Part shown: positions 38,952-48,919 of the stretch, piece by piece
Numbering within the stretch: the stretch's first letter is position 1
Layout of the letters: the number at the start of each line of letters is the position of its first letter
NCBI GenBank assembly: GCA_965216635.1
Contig: OZ244188.1
Location: forward strand, 320,001 to 384,000
From: a bacterium
GTDB lineage: Bacteria > SAR324 > XYD2-FULL-50-16 > G965216635
Direction: 5' to 3'
DNA length: 64,000 bases
Notes under the pieces: model-generated
What the model saw: only the letters and a program-made list of their open reading frames with translations
Databases searched by the model: none
Told to the model about the DNA's origin: nothing
Program-made: the position numbers and the translations under genes

Positions 38952-39899
38952 TTACTTTGCTTGATAAAGAGAAGTCTTAGGGTGAAAAGTGAACCAAGCA
39001 AACCAAAAGGCTTGAATGGTAGGAATTGGATTGCCTTTAGAGTCGGTAATGATAGCAGAGCGATTTTTTTTATCCCAGCGGATAGTAAATTTTTGGTTTT
39101 GAAAATTATCTTGAAATTTTTCTTTACCATTTTTACTCAGTTCCACAAAAGGGTATGCTTTATATTTTCCTTTTACTTCTAATCCAAGCACTCTTTCTTT
39201 GGGGTGGTAAATTTCAGGAGCTTGATTGGACACTCTAAAAAAAATAGCTCTGGATTGAGCATAACCTTGATAGGGGTCTCTATCGTAATTTCTTTGAAAA
39301 CCTGTATCTTTGGAAAGCACTAGAGTTTTTGGGTGTAATTTTTTCCACCTTCTCCAAGTCGTATGCTCTGCTGGAAGAATGGTTAATTTTTGAGAGAGAA
39401 ATTTTCCTGTAACTGCTTCTGCCAAAAGTTGAGACCAAAGGGATTCGCTTTGTTTATCGTAAAGCAGAACATCACTATTATAAAGCAACCCAGAAACTCC
39501 AAAGGTTAGTTTTTTCTCCTTAATTTTTGCAGAAAACACAACTCCAGTGCCACACAAGGGACAGAAAGATACTACAAAAGAATTATCCTTGATTTCGTCG
39601 TTGACTATTTCGTGCCAGTTTAAGATACGGATAGGGTAAGCCTTAGCTACGCCAGAATAGAAAATACCTATTACTCTATCTTCTGGTTTTAAGAAGTTGG
39701 CTTTTTTTGCTGTAGTAAATTTTGGATTATTTATCGCTGGGATACCGTCTTTTGGAGGACCTCCAGCTAAAATTTCGGTTATAGGAACGCTAGAATTTTT
39801 AAGATTGAAGCCATTCCTTGTTGTGGCAGACAGACACAAAGGCAACAGGAAAGCTCCTGCGATGAAGAAAATGCTTAAAACTTTAGACAGACTATTCAT
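38952..39899 (-). CDS. DUF3179 domain exported protein
   Basis: Signal peptide; GGPPKDGIPAI, KAYP, WHEIVND, CPLCG, SGLLYNS and FWFAW motifs. Confidence 0.85.
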   Translation of the reverse strand: MNSLSKVLSIFFIAGAFLLPLCLSATTRNGFNLKNSSVPITEILAGGPPKDGIPAINNPKFTTAKKANFLKPEDRVIGIFYSGVAKAYPIRILNWHEIVNDEIKDNSFVVSFCPLCGTGVVFSAKIKEKKLTFGVSGLLYNSDVLLYDKQSESLWSQLLAEAVTGKFLSQKLTILPAEHTTWRRWKKLHPKTLVLSKDTGFQRNYDRDPYQGYAQSRAIFFRVSNQAPEIYHPKERVLGLEVKGKYKAYPFVELSKNGKEKFQDNFQNQKFTIRWDKKNRSAIITDSKGNPIPTIQAFWFAWFTFHPKTSLYQAK

Positions 39900-39964
39900 T
39901 TTTACAAAATGTCGCAACCAGGGAAGTAAAGACTAAATGAGGTTGTTATCTTTTTTATTAGGCA

Positions 39965-40546
39965 CTAGGCTGTGTGTTTATCTACATCACCAATCATCCA
40001 GCCTTTATCGTCTAGTATTTTATCACGGAGTATAACCGCAAAGATGGATAGGGTGTGATGCAATAAAATACCTTTATCTACAGATGTCTTTTTCGCAATA
40101 CTCAATTCTTCGTCACTTAATAAATCCTCTATATCTCTGCTAATAATTGAAAAACAGGCTTGTTGAACATCATAAGCATTTTTTGGATTTTCTTTTTCTA
40201 CTAATCTCTTTAATTTTGTCTCGTTTTTTATGATAAAATCGTGCGCTTTCAAAGATTGAGCAATACCTATTCCAGTTTCAGTTAGCTTAATAGGGCTACT
40301 TGCAGCTATTGGGGCGTTAGGAAAAATTTTTCCATAGATAGAATCTACAGTTTTTTGTATTACTTTAACAGTTGCTATCAAGCTAGGAAATTCTTTATAG
40401 AGATAATTTAATTTCTCTTCTTTATCTTTCCATCCTCCTAAAAAATGTCCTATCTTAAAAGCAAAAATTATAATTGTAATTAGAAAAATTAAAAATACGC
40501 CAACATATCCCCAACTTTCTAATTGTTTTGCTACAAAAATCCACAT
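39965..40546 (-). CDS. Hypothetical protein with an N-terminal TM helix (accessory insertion)
   Basis: 193-aa ORF; SSPIKLTETG motif; flanked by a 27-bp direct repeat. Confidence 0.65.
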   Translation of the reverse strand: MWIFVAKQLESWGYVGVFLIFLITIIIFAFKIGHFLGGWKDKEEKLNYLYKEFPSLIATVKVIQKTVDSIYGKIFPNAPIAASSPIKLTETGIGIAQSLKAHDFIIKNETKLKRLVEKENPKNAYDVQQACFSIISRDIEDLLSDEELSIAKKTSVDKGILLHHTLSIFAVILRDKILDDKGWMIGDVDKHTA

Positions 40547-40611
40547 TTTCTATATTTTTTTGAGTGTTTTAATAATGATATATTTTTTTAAAATAAAAAT
40601 CAAATTTTTTA

Positions 40612-42891
40612 CTAATCAGGCTGTTCATTTTTACAAAATGTCGCAACCAGTGCTGGTAAAATAACTACCGTAGAAAATAAAGCCAATAGTATTGTAAAAA
40701 AAGTAAAAAATCCAAATTTAATTAGGATAACCAAATCTGCAGAAAAAAACACCGCAAAGCCTATACAAAACAAGATAGAAGTGAAAGTGAGAGGATGGCT
40801 CAAGAGCTGGACGGAATGCTGCAGTTGACTCTTTACAGAGCCTATTCTGCTAAAACTGGCTTTCTTGTAGTGGGCTAGTAAATGAATTGTATCGTCCACA
40901 CACAACCCAAAACTAATACTGCCGATAAGAATGACTGCAAAATCAAAAGGAATACCCAAAAAAATAATTGTATTGGCTGTGACTAATACTGGAAAAATAC
41001 TAGGAATCAGCCCCAAACTGCCTAATTTCCAGCCGAATAAAATCAAAAAAATGAACCAGGTAATAGATAAAGTAATCAATATACTTAACACTTGAGTCAG
41101 CAAAACTTCTTCACTGAGGGCGTGAAAATAAATGCTAGAACCAGCCAAAGTAAAAGAAATTTCTTTAACGACAGGTAATATTTTTTTTATTTCTTGTTTT
41201 AGTTCGTTGATTTTTGTGGAGTTTAAGTTAGGTGTTTGGATATGAATTCTACCTTCTTCATAATCAAAAAGCATATGTGGGGATATAACATCGGTTTTTT
41301 TATCTCCCCTAGAAAATTCTAAAAAAAGCAATTCTTGTTCTAATTCATAACCATTTTTTGGTAGATTGTTTTTACCTTGACTTAATTCTTGATGAATCAT
41401 ACTCACAGGTTCTAGATACGATTGTACTGTATTCACATTAGGGATTTTATCCAGTTTTTTTACTACAGTGGTGATAGTTTCAAAATTAGTAAAATCTTTA
41501 AAACTTTCTCCTGTATTTTCTTTGCTTTTTTTTGCTTTAAATAGAATATCTACAACTCCCGTTCCACTCAGATACTTATCAGCAAAAAGAACGTCTTGGT
41601 ATAAAGGACTTTTTTTAGGAAAAAATACATCCAAAAAATTGGTTTCAATAAATACATTTTTTAAGTTCACCAAAAAAAAAGCGCTGCTTAAAAAAACGAG
41701 CCAAACAATTGTTTTCTTGTATTTTTGGGATAAAGAAAAAAGTATATTGATTGTTTTAAAAATAACCGTATAAAAAGTGAATTTCTTTTTTTTCCATAAA
41801 ATTCCTTGAAATACATAGAGTAGAGAAGTAGTTGCTAGCATTATCACAAAATAGCTCGCAAGTATGGAGAAAAAAGAATCTATTCCAAAATGACGAAGCG
41901 GAATAATCTCGCTAAAATAAAAACAGCCAAATCCTATTGAAGTAGTGATAGAGGTTCCTAAACAAGGCAGCCAAGTTTGTTTTACAGTCTGCCAAAGCAC
42001 TTGGTTGGGTTGTGTTCCTTGTCTACTCAAAGCATTCCAGCGGCTAACTATATGGATAGAATCTGCAGTAGCTATTACTAAAATTAGTACAGGCAAAGAT
42101 AAACCAATCACTGTCAAAGGATGTCCTTGTAATAGGGTGATATTAAAAGTCAACAGCAGACAAAGAGCGGCGGTAAAGCTAACAATAAAAAGATGAATCC
42201 AAGAGCGAAAAATAACCATAAGTAAAAAGAGCATTATTCCAAAACACAAAGGAATTAAAATTTTTAGATTTTGTTGACTTTTTAAATCCAATTGGTAGTT
42301 TAGTTGCCCTTCTCCGACAATGGCGATATCACTTAAAAGCTCTTCTTGAGCAAATAATTGTTTTATATTTTCAATAACTTGTAGTCTCCTAGAAAAATCA
42401 CTTTTATCTCTTTGCAAATCTATTTTCACTACAAAAGCAATTTTTTGAAAATCTTCAGAAATCAACCTTTTGTAGTAAAAACTTGTTACTAGTTTTTTTT
42501 TATAACTTGCTAAGTCTGGAAGAATTTTTTGTTCTAAGGCAGATTGGAAAGTAATTACGGAAAGACTGTCTTTATCAGAAAAGGCAGCGGTGGCAGATAG
42601 AGGAGTTTTTAATTCCTTGATGTGTTCTAGGGCTTCTATTTTTTCGCTGATTTTTTTTGTGCTTTCAATAGATGCGGGATGAAAAAAGGATTGATGCAAT
42701 CGGGAAATAAAAATTACATTCTCTCCCTTTTGGAATTCTTGGCTTAAGTAGTCTTTGTAGATTTCTTGGGGGTGATCTTCGTTGAACCAGTGGGAATTAT
42801 CAAAATTGATTTTTGGGATTTCGTAAAGAGCAACTCCTAAAAGAGCAATGAGTCCTAAAAGGATAATAGATTTTAATAATCTATGAAACAT
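40612..42891 (-). CDS. MMPL/RND-family transporter
   Basis: Two TM+periplasmic halves; ATADSIH and GLCVDDTIH motifs. Confidence 0.88.
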   Translation of the reverse strand: MFHRLLKSIILLGLIALLGVALYEIPKINFDNSHWFNEDHPQEIYKDYLSQEFQKGENVIFISRLHQSFFHPASIESTKKISEKIEALEHIKELKTPLSATAAFSDKDSLSVITFQSALEQKILPDLASYKKKLVTSFYYKRLISEDFQKIAFVVKIDLQRDKSDFSRRLQVIENIKQLFAQEELLSDIAIVGEGQLNYQLDLKSQQNLKILIPLCFGIMLFLLMVIFRSWIHLFIVSFTAALCLLLTFNITLLQGHPLTVIGLSLPVLILVIATADSIHIVSRWNALSRQGTQPNQVLWQTVKQTWLPCLGTSITTSIGFGCFYFSEIIPLRHFGIDSFFSILASYFVIMLATTSLLYVFQGILWKKKKFTFYTVIFKTINILFSLSQKYKKTIVWLVFLSSAFFLVNLKNVFIETNFLDVFFPKKSPLYQDVLFADKYLSGTGVVDILFKAKKSKENTGESFKDFTNFETITTVVKKLDKIPNVNTVQSYLEPVSMIHQELSQGKNNLPKNGYELEQELLFLEFSRGDKKTDVISPHMLFDYEEGRIHIQTPNLNSTKINELKQEIKKILPVVKEISFTLAGSSIYFHALSEEVLLTQVLSILITLSITWFIFLILFGWKLGSLGLIPSIFPVLVTANTIIFLGIPFDFAVILIGSISFGLCVDDTIHLLAHYKKASFSRIGSVKSQLQHSVQLLSHPLTFTSILFCIGFAVFFSADLVILIKFGFFTFFTILLALFSTVVILPALVATFCKNEQPD

Positions 42892-42900
42892 CTAATGAGA

Positions 42901-44616
42901 TTAGAATTGATAAAGAAACCCAAAACGAACCCCAACAGAAACACCGCCGCCTTCTATTTCATAAGCGTCACCTCCAATAATATTATCAAATATGGCAAAA
43001 TCTCCTCGGTATTGAATAGCCTCAAAAGCAAAAACTGTTTTTAGGGATTCAAAAAATTCAAAATTAAAATAAAGGTTCAATCCAACACCTTGCGGCAAAA
43101 AACCAAAAGCAAAACCGCCAAATGCAGTTTTTTTGTCGTTGTAGTATTGGGTGATATTGAAAGTAGGGAAAGCAAAAGTATCGGGAAAATCTTCAGGCTG
43201 GCCGCCTCGAGCTATTTCTAATTCTGTTTCTAATCTTCTGGCTTCTTGTGCTTTGGCGTCGTAAAGAGTTTGAAAAACCCAAAGGACTAGGTTGTATTTC
43301 CACCTATCTAAATCTGCCTCCACCCCTAGTGCAGTAAAAGCTGTTTGATAATCGTAGTTAGCTTCACCGTCGTTTTCATTTTCTATCCAATCTGCCAAAT
43401 TTTCAACCTCTGTTTGAAAATTATTATAATAACTGTCATTATTACGGATTTCTCCGCTAAAGTCATCTGTTTGTAATAAAGGGAAAAAACTTTTTTCGTT
43501 TAAAATACGTGCGTGTTCAAGTTTCCAAGTCCAACGTCCTACAGGGATTGCCATTTCTATCCCAAAAACATTGTTTTCAGTATATGCTTCTCTTTCCTCA
43601 ATATAGCGATAAGTCTTCCCATCTATAGACGGATCTGTGAATTCTTTTAATCTACCTAAGACGGTGGGGTAGTCTTTAAAACCTTTGTAGTAGGTTAAAC
43701 CAATAATACCCCAGCTAGGATAAAAAAGCACACGAGCCGCTTGAACGGAATTGTCTAATGCTTCTAAGGGAGCATAATTTTGGTCTTCGTATTCTACTCC
43801 GTAAGGATACCTATTTTGTGGTTCGCTTATTTTGATAGGCTTCCTATACTGCTTAAATTCATCGGGTATGCTTTCAAATAAAGTATCTATTTTTATGGAA
43901 GGAAAATAGTAAAATTGAAATTCTACAAGATCTCCTGTATAGAAATTGAGCTGTAGTGTATTCTGTGATATTTGCTCGTCTAATTTACTAAAACTCAATC
44001 CAACGTTGCTATATTTTCTAGGGAGAGTAAAAATATCTATCGGAGAAAAAAGTTCAAACTGCCCCCAAGCGTTCAGTTTTCTACCCGCAGAAAGCAAAGC
44101 AAAACTACCTATATCTAAGTCAAAATAGGCTTCTCTAAGTTCTGTATTAAAAGTTGTGATTTTAAATTCTCTTGTTTCTTCGGTAGTTGCAGTAACATCT
44201 CTACAATCATAATATTTAGTATTAAGATTTGTGCCGTTTATAGCGGCCTCTCGCTCTATTCTGCATTCTTCTTTTAGTGTAGATTTTAACAACACTTTGT
44301 TATGAAAACCAGAACCAGTAATGAATACTTTCAGCCAATCGGTAATCTCTTGGTTGTATTTTAGTTGCCATAGATAAAAATCTCTTTTTCCGTATTCTCC
44401 AGATGCCTGAGCGGCTGCAACAGAGCCAGAAAAGTTTTTCTCTAAAAAATCAAAAAAAGGAGTGATGCTTTTTTCTTCGGTTTCTGTTTCGTCCAGTTCA
44501 AATTCTATTTCTGCTACATCTTCACTTTCTTCTATTTTCAATTCTTGAGCAGCTAAAAAAGAAACAAAAAAAAGACAAAATAATAATACTAGGAAAAATA
44601 AAATAAATTTTTTCAT
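42901..44616 (-). CDS. Exported outer-membrane beta-barrel protein associated with the MMPL/LolA-like cluster
   Basis: Signal peptide, ELREAYFD...SAGRK..AWG motif, C-terminal FGFLYQF. Confidence 0.65.
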   Translation of the reverse strand: MKKFILFFLVLLFCLFFVSFLAAQELKIEESEDVAEIEFELDETETEEKSITPFFDFLEKNFSGSVAAAQASGEYGKRDFYLWQLKYNQEITDWLKVFITGSGFHNKVLLKSTLKEECRIEREAAINGTNLNTKYYDCRDVTATTEETREFKITTFNTELREAYFDLDIGSFALLSAGRKLNAWGQFELFSPIDIFTLPRKYSNVGLSFSKLDEQISQNTLQLNFYTGDLVEFQFYYFPSIKIDTLFESIPDEFKQYRKPIKISEPQNRYPYGVEYEDQNYAPLEALDNSVQAARVLFYPSWGIIGLTYYKGFKDYPTVLGRLKEFTDPSIDGKTYRYIEEREAYTENNVFGIEMAIPVGRWTWKLEHARILNEKSFFPLLQTDDFSGEIRNNDSYYNNFQTEVENLADWIENENDGEANYDYQTAFTALGVEADLDRWKYNLVLWVFQTLYDAKAQEARRLETELEIARGGQPEDFPDTFAFPTFNITQYYNDKKTAFGGFAFGFLPQGVGLNLYFNFEFFESLKTVFAFEAIQYRGDFAIFDNIIGGDAYEIEGGGVSVGVRFGFLYQF

Positions 44617-44623
44617 AAGATAT

Positions 44624-44767
44624 TGAGACCTTTGAATTAGGCATTATAGTAAAGCTAGACAAGGAGCGAAAGTTTTTTACCCAAGAGGAATACTGGAGTA
44701 TTTTGAGAAATAAAAAACTTGAGCAACGCAGTATAGCCGAACTAGAATGCCTAATTCAATAGTCTCA
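44624..44767. mobile_element. MITE-like palindromic element, short form (copy C)
   Basis: TIR tgagacctttgaattaggcatt / aatgcctaattcaatagtctca; central aatactggagtatt palindrome. Confidence 0.75.
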
Positions 44768-44772
44768 TATTG

Positions 44773-45528
44773 TTATTGTTGGAGACCACGCAAACCAACA
44801 TCCGCATTAGACACAGAAATACCCACACGAATTTCGGAACTTGTAATCGTAGTCTGCCCTTTTGTTTCGTGGTTGTTCATTATAGATTCTGTCACTAGAT
44901 ACATTCCTTTTATTTTCTTCACCTTTTTATTGGAAAGAGTTTTAAAAAGTTTGCTTCTTCTATCGTAAAATTCAATTTTAATAGGCACAAAAATTTTCTT
45001 ATGCACTACTACCATAAGTTTAGAATAGGGGTCTTGTGAATCTTTGGGAATGCTCTCTATATAGTAATATTTATTATCTTCTTTGATAAATTGGTGTCTG
45101 TCTTTGCTCACCAATCTTCCAGCAATATCGGCTATAGAAAAATCAGAGCCCACAAAACTCTTGTTTTTTTCTTCAGTAGAAAGTCTTTTTACAGATTTAA
45201 AAGCTGGTAAATAGAGCCACTGGATTGTCTCGTCTTTTTTTTTATCAGCCGAACTCAACAAAGCCGTGTTTTTAATATTGGTAGGTCTATAAAACTTAAT
45301 CAGGCTTTTTGTTTCTTTTTTACTGACAATTTTTTTGGTGTAGTTAAAATATCTATTCCTTTGCCTATTTTTGGCGTCCAAGATTTTCATATAAACTACA
45401 GATTTCTGGGTTTTATGTATTTCCGACTGCTCAGCAACCTGTTGCATGATTTTTGTTCCTTTTGCATCAGCCCAAATGGGAAAAATTGCAAAAAATAGAA
45501 GACTAGTTGTTAGTAATAGTTTTTTCAT
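44773..45528 (-). CDS. Outer-membrane lipoprotein-sorting protein (LolA-like)
   Basis: Signal peptide; QWLYLPAFKSVKR and FVGSDFS motifs typical of MMPL-associated LolA-like proteins. Confidence 0.82.
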   Translation of the reverse strand: MKKLLLTTSLLFFAIFPIWADAKGTKIMQQVAEQSEIHKTQKSVVYMKILDAKNRQRNRYFNYTKKIVSKKETKSLIKFYRPTNIKNTALLSSADKKKDETIQWLYLPAFKSVKRLSTEEKNKSFVGSDFSIADIAGRLVSKDRHQFIKEDNKYYYIESIPKDSQDPYSKLMVVVHKKIFVPIKIEFYDRRSKLFKTLSNKKVKKIKGMYLVTESIMNNHETKGQTTITSSEIRVGISVSNADVGLRGLQQ

Positions 45529-45613
45529 AAGAATAAAATTAGGTTAGTAAATTTATAATAGACTTTTTTATAAAAAAATACAAGTTTTATATAAAGATCA
45601 TTGTTTTTTGACA

Positions 45614-46357
45614 CTATTGTTTTGTGAAAGGTCTGGTTAGCAAACGCCATATACTACTATCTCTATAGCCTGCTACTCCTAATTTCAATGCTTTTGTGCG
45701 TACAGTTTTACTTTTACTGGCAAAGACTCTATCCCAAACAGACAAAAATAAACCATAGTTAGAATCTGTATCGCGACGAAGTTTGTGGTGATGAATCCAA
45801 TGGAGACTGGGTGTAACGATAATTAGAGATAGTGGCTTTTCTAGCATTTTGGGTAGTTTTAAATTGGAATGATGAAAAATAGCGCAAATCAATAAAAGAG
45901 TTTCAAAGATTAAAATATCTGAGAAAGGAATAACCAAACCTATTATCAAAATCCCCCGAACTAAGACAGCAATTAAAACTTCCCCAAAATGAAATCGCAG
46001 AGCTGAGGTTGCGTCCAAATGTTCGTCTAAATGATGGATGAGATGAAACCTCCATAAAAAAGGAATGATATGATTGAATCTATGCCACCAGTAGGTCCAT
46101 AAATCTAAAATAAATAAATTGATTATGGTTTGTGTTAGGGATAAATTCCTTTCCCAAAGAACAATGTTTGTAAAAAACAAAGTGAGTGGCAGGATAATAA
46201 AATAAGAATTGATTCCGTTGATAAACCAAAGTACAAAATTGCGGATAAGTCTTTTTTGTTTTTTGTATTCTCTATAAACCAGCAGTCTTTCCACAATTAA
46301 AAAAAATACAAAGACCGAGAAAGTGACGATAGTTTTTAGCTCTAAAAATTTATCCAT
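45614..46357 (-). CDS. Sterol desaturase / fatty-acid hydroxylase family protein
   Basis: His boxes YWWHR.NH, FHLIHH, FHHSN, HWIHH, and DSNYG...WDR. Confidence 0.88.
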   Translation of the reverse strand: MDKFLELKTIVTFSVFVFFLIVERLLVYREYKKQKRLIRNFVLWFINGINSYFIILPLTLFFTNIVLWERNLSLTQTIINLFILDLWTYWWHRFNHIIPFLWRFHLIHHLDEHLDATSALRFHFGEVLIAVLVRGILIIGLVIPFSDILIFETLLLICAIFHHSNLKLPKMLEKPLSLIIVTPSLHWIHHHKLRRDTDSNYGLFLSVWDRVFASKSKTVRTKALKLGVAGYRDSSIWRLLTRPFTKQ

Positions 46358-46387
46358 AATTCAGTTCTATCCCAATAATGAAACCAG

Positions 46388-47203
46388 CTATCCCTTAATG
46401 CCACCCTGAGTCAGACTGGTAATAATTTGTTTTTGGAAAAGTAAGAAAATAAAAATTACTGGTAAAACTACAATTACAGAGCCTGCCATAAGATGCCCTG
46501 AATGGATTTCCGGTTGACTTACTCTATAAAAGGCTATTCCTAATGGTAAAGTTCTTATAGATTCGCTAGAGGTTAAAATTAAGGGATAGATATACATATT
46601 CCAACTTGTCATCACACTGTGAATTATAGTGACCGCTAGAGCGGGTTTGCAGAGAGGAAAAATAATACTAAAAAATATTTTCCATTCTCCAGCTCCTTCG
46701 CTACGAGCCGATTCCTCGTAGCTAGTCGGCAAGGATAGGATGTATTGCCGTAGCAAAAAAATACCAAAAGTTTCTGCTAAAAAAGGAAATATCAAAGCAG
46801 CGTAGGTGTCATAAATACCGATTTTTCTAACTAAAATAAAAGTTGGTACCATCAATACTGCGGCGGGTATCATCAATTTTGCAAGAATTGCAGCCATTAC
46901 TATATTTTTGCCAAAAAATTTTCTGCGGGCTAAGGCGTAAGCTGCAGTAGTATCAAAAAAAATATTGCCTAATACAATAGTTCCAGACACAAAAACAGAG
47001 TTTAAAAAGTAGCGGCTAAAATTGCCTTTTGTCCAAGCGTGGATAAAGTTATCTAAAGTTAAAGTTTTAAAATCTGGAAAAATTCCTTGTAGAGTGATAA
47101 CCGAGCCTGTGGACTTAAAACTAGTGATAAACATTAACCACAAAGGTATTAAAGTAATCAAAGCAAAAAAAAGTAAAATTAGATGTAGGATAGCTTTCTT
47201 CAT
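46388..47203 (-). CDS. Carbohydrate ABC transporter permease (MalG-like)
   Basis: YFLNS, AYALAR and the EAA loop EESARSEGA; six TM segments. Confidence 0.9.
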   Translation of the reverse strand: MKKAILHLILLFFALITLIPLWLMFITSFKSTGSVITLQGIFPDFKTLTLDNFIHAWTKGNFSRYFLNSVFVSGTIVLGNIFFDTTAAYALARRKFFGKNIVMAAILAKLMIPAAVLMVPTFILVRKIGIYDTYAALIFPFLAETFGIFLLRQYILSLPTSYEESARSEGAGEWKIFFSIIFPLCKPALAVTIIHSVMTSWNMYIYPLILTSSESIRTLPLGIAFYRVSQPEIHSGHLMAGSVIVVLPVIFIFLLFQKQIITSLTQGGIKG

Positions 47204-47273
47204 TGTTAAGTTTTTCTTTTAGAAATTTTCAGTTGAATTGTAGAAAAAATAACCACTAATAAGTATTATTTTT

Positions 47274-47555
47274 CTATCTTTGCCTCAATAAATCATAGAC
47301 TTTTTTATCTTCTCTTTTATTGACGACGATCACAAAAATCATTTTTTGTTTATCTCTTACTTCATAAACCAATCTAAATCCTTTTTTTTGTAACTTTATT
47401 TTATAGATTGATTCATAACCTTGTAATTTATCTTTTGCTATTTTGGGATAAGTAAGTCTTTGTGCTAATTTTTTTTTCAGTAGTATTTTAATACTACTAT
47501 CTAAACTTTTCCATTCTTTAAGTGCCTTAGGATGAAATGCTAATTCATAATTCAT
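47274..47555 (-). CDS. RelE/StbE family toxin
   Basis: YELAFHPKALKEWKSLD...YKIKL...GFRLVYEV; overlaps the antitoxin end. Confidence 0.88.
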   Translation of the reverse strand: MNYELAFHPKALKEWKSLDSSIKILLKKKLAQRLTYPKIAKDKLQGYESIYKIKLQKKGFRLVYEVRDKQKMIFVIVVNKREDKKVYDLLRQR

Positions 47556-47796
47556 CAAGAGTAACTTTAATGGGTTCAGTATTATCATTTAGGCGACTTG
47601 TTGCTTCTTTAGATAGTAAATAATCATCAACAATGTTTAGCAAATGTTCATACTCACGGGCTGACACTAGATAGGCACTAGGCGTATTGTGATTTAAAAT
47701 AGCAATAGATTTACCCTTTGCTTGGTGGAGTAGTTTGCTAGGTGATGTTTTTAATTCACTAATACTGGCAGTATGCTCTGATAATAATCGGTGCAT
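47545..47796 (-). CDS. Phd/YefM (StbD-like) antitoxin
   Basis: ASISELKTSP...IAILNHNTPSAYLV...VTLDEL. Confidence 0.88.
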   Translation of the reverse strand: MHRLLSEHTASISELKTSPSKLLHQAKGKSIAILNHNTPSAYLVSAREYEHLLNIVDDYLLSKEATSRLNDNTEPIKVTLDEL

Positions 47797-47870
47797 TTTG
47801 AAAAAAGATATTTAATTAAGTACTTATTTTAATAGATTTGATAGGTAAATGCAAGCGTTTATTTTACTTA

Positions 47871-48025
47871 AATAGACTTTTTAATTTGCGTTCTGTTTAG
47901 CCTATACATCGTTAAAAAAAAATTGTCCCTTGAAATACTTGAGTATTCCTGCGACCCAATTTTTTTTTGCCTTGTCTAGCCGTCACAGCTGGTTTTGTCC
48001 TATTTGGCAAATTCAAAGGTCTATT
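47871..48025. mobile_element. MITE-like palindromic element, short form (copy D)
   Basis: TIR aatagactttttaatttgc / gcaaattcaaaggtctatt; shares gcgttctgtttagcctat and gccttg.ctagccgtcaca with copy A. Confidence 0.7.
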
Positions 48026-48028
48026 AAA

Positions 48029-48910
48029 TTAAGTTTTTCTTTTAGAAATTTTCAGTTGAATTGTAGAAAAAATAACCAAAATAAAAAAAATATAATAAGC
48101 AGCAGCAGAAGAATATCCCATTTTTTGTTTGTGAAAAGCAGTATTATATAGGTAGTAGACGGAGGTTTCGCTGGATCTTAAGGGTCCTCCTTTTGTCATA
48201 ATATAAACTTCTCCAAACACTTGAAAAGCCAAAATAATATTGATGATAAAAGCAACTGCAATAATGGGTTTTAGCAAAGGAATTGTGATAGAAAAGAATT
48301 GTTTAACAGCAGAGGCTCCTTCTACTTCGGAGGCTTCGTAGTATTCTTTAGGAATGTTCTGCAGACCCGCTAAAAAAATTAGGCAATAAAATCCAAAACT
48401 TGCCCAAACGCTCATCAACATAATGGAAGCAAGTGACCAATTTGGGTTTCTAAGCCAATGGATAGACTCGCCTCCAAAAAATCCTAAAATTTGATTAAAA
48501 ACTCCTTGCGGAGAATAAAGTTCTATAAAAATAGTTGCCGTTACAAAAATAGTAGTAACAACTGGCATAAAGTAGGCTGCTTGATAAAACCTTCTTGCTT
48601 TCAATTTTCGGTTTAAGATAACTGCTAAAACCAAGGCTATTATCATCGTCAAAGGAACTGTGCCTATTACAAAATAAAAACTATTTTTTAAGGCGTTGAG
48701 AAAATGGTCGTCTTCTATCAAACGAGAATAGTTTTGAAGTCCAATCCATTTAGGAGGAGTCACACCAGACGCTCTATATTTAGTAAAACTCAGATAAAAG
48801 GAATAGATAATAGGGTAAAAATGAAACAAGCAAAAAATACTCAGCCAAGGAGCTAAGAAAGAAAAGGTGTTCCAGTGGTAAGATAATTTTTGTTGTGTTT
48901 TTTGCTGCAT
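48029..48910 (-). CDS. Carbohydrate ABC transporter permease (MalF-like)
   Basis: FLAPW, WIGLQNY, and LAGLQNIP.EYYEASEVEGA (EAA loop). Confidence 0.9.
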   Translation of the reverse strand: MQQKTQQKLSYHWNTFSFLAPWLSIFCLFHFYPIIYSFYLSFTKYRASGVTPPKWIGLQNYSRLIEDDHFLNALKNSFYFVIGTVPLTMIIALVLAVILNRKLKARRFYQAAYFMPVVTTIFVTATIFIELYSPQGVFNQILGFFGGESIHWLRNPNWSLASIMLMSVWASFGFYCLIFLAGLQNIPKEYYEASEVEGASAVKQFFSITIPLLKPIIAVAFIINIILAFQVFGEVYIMTKGGPLRSSETSVYYLYNTAFHKQKMGYSSAAAYYIFFILVIFSTIQLKISKRKT

Positions 48911-48919
48911 TTTTTTTTT

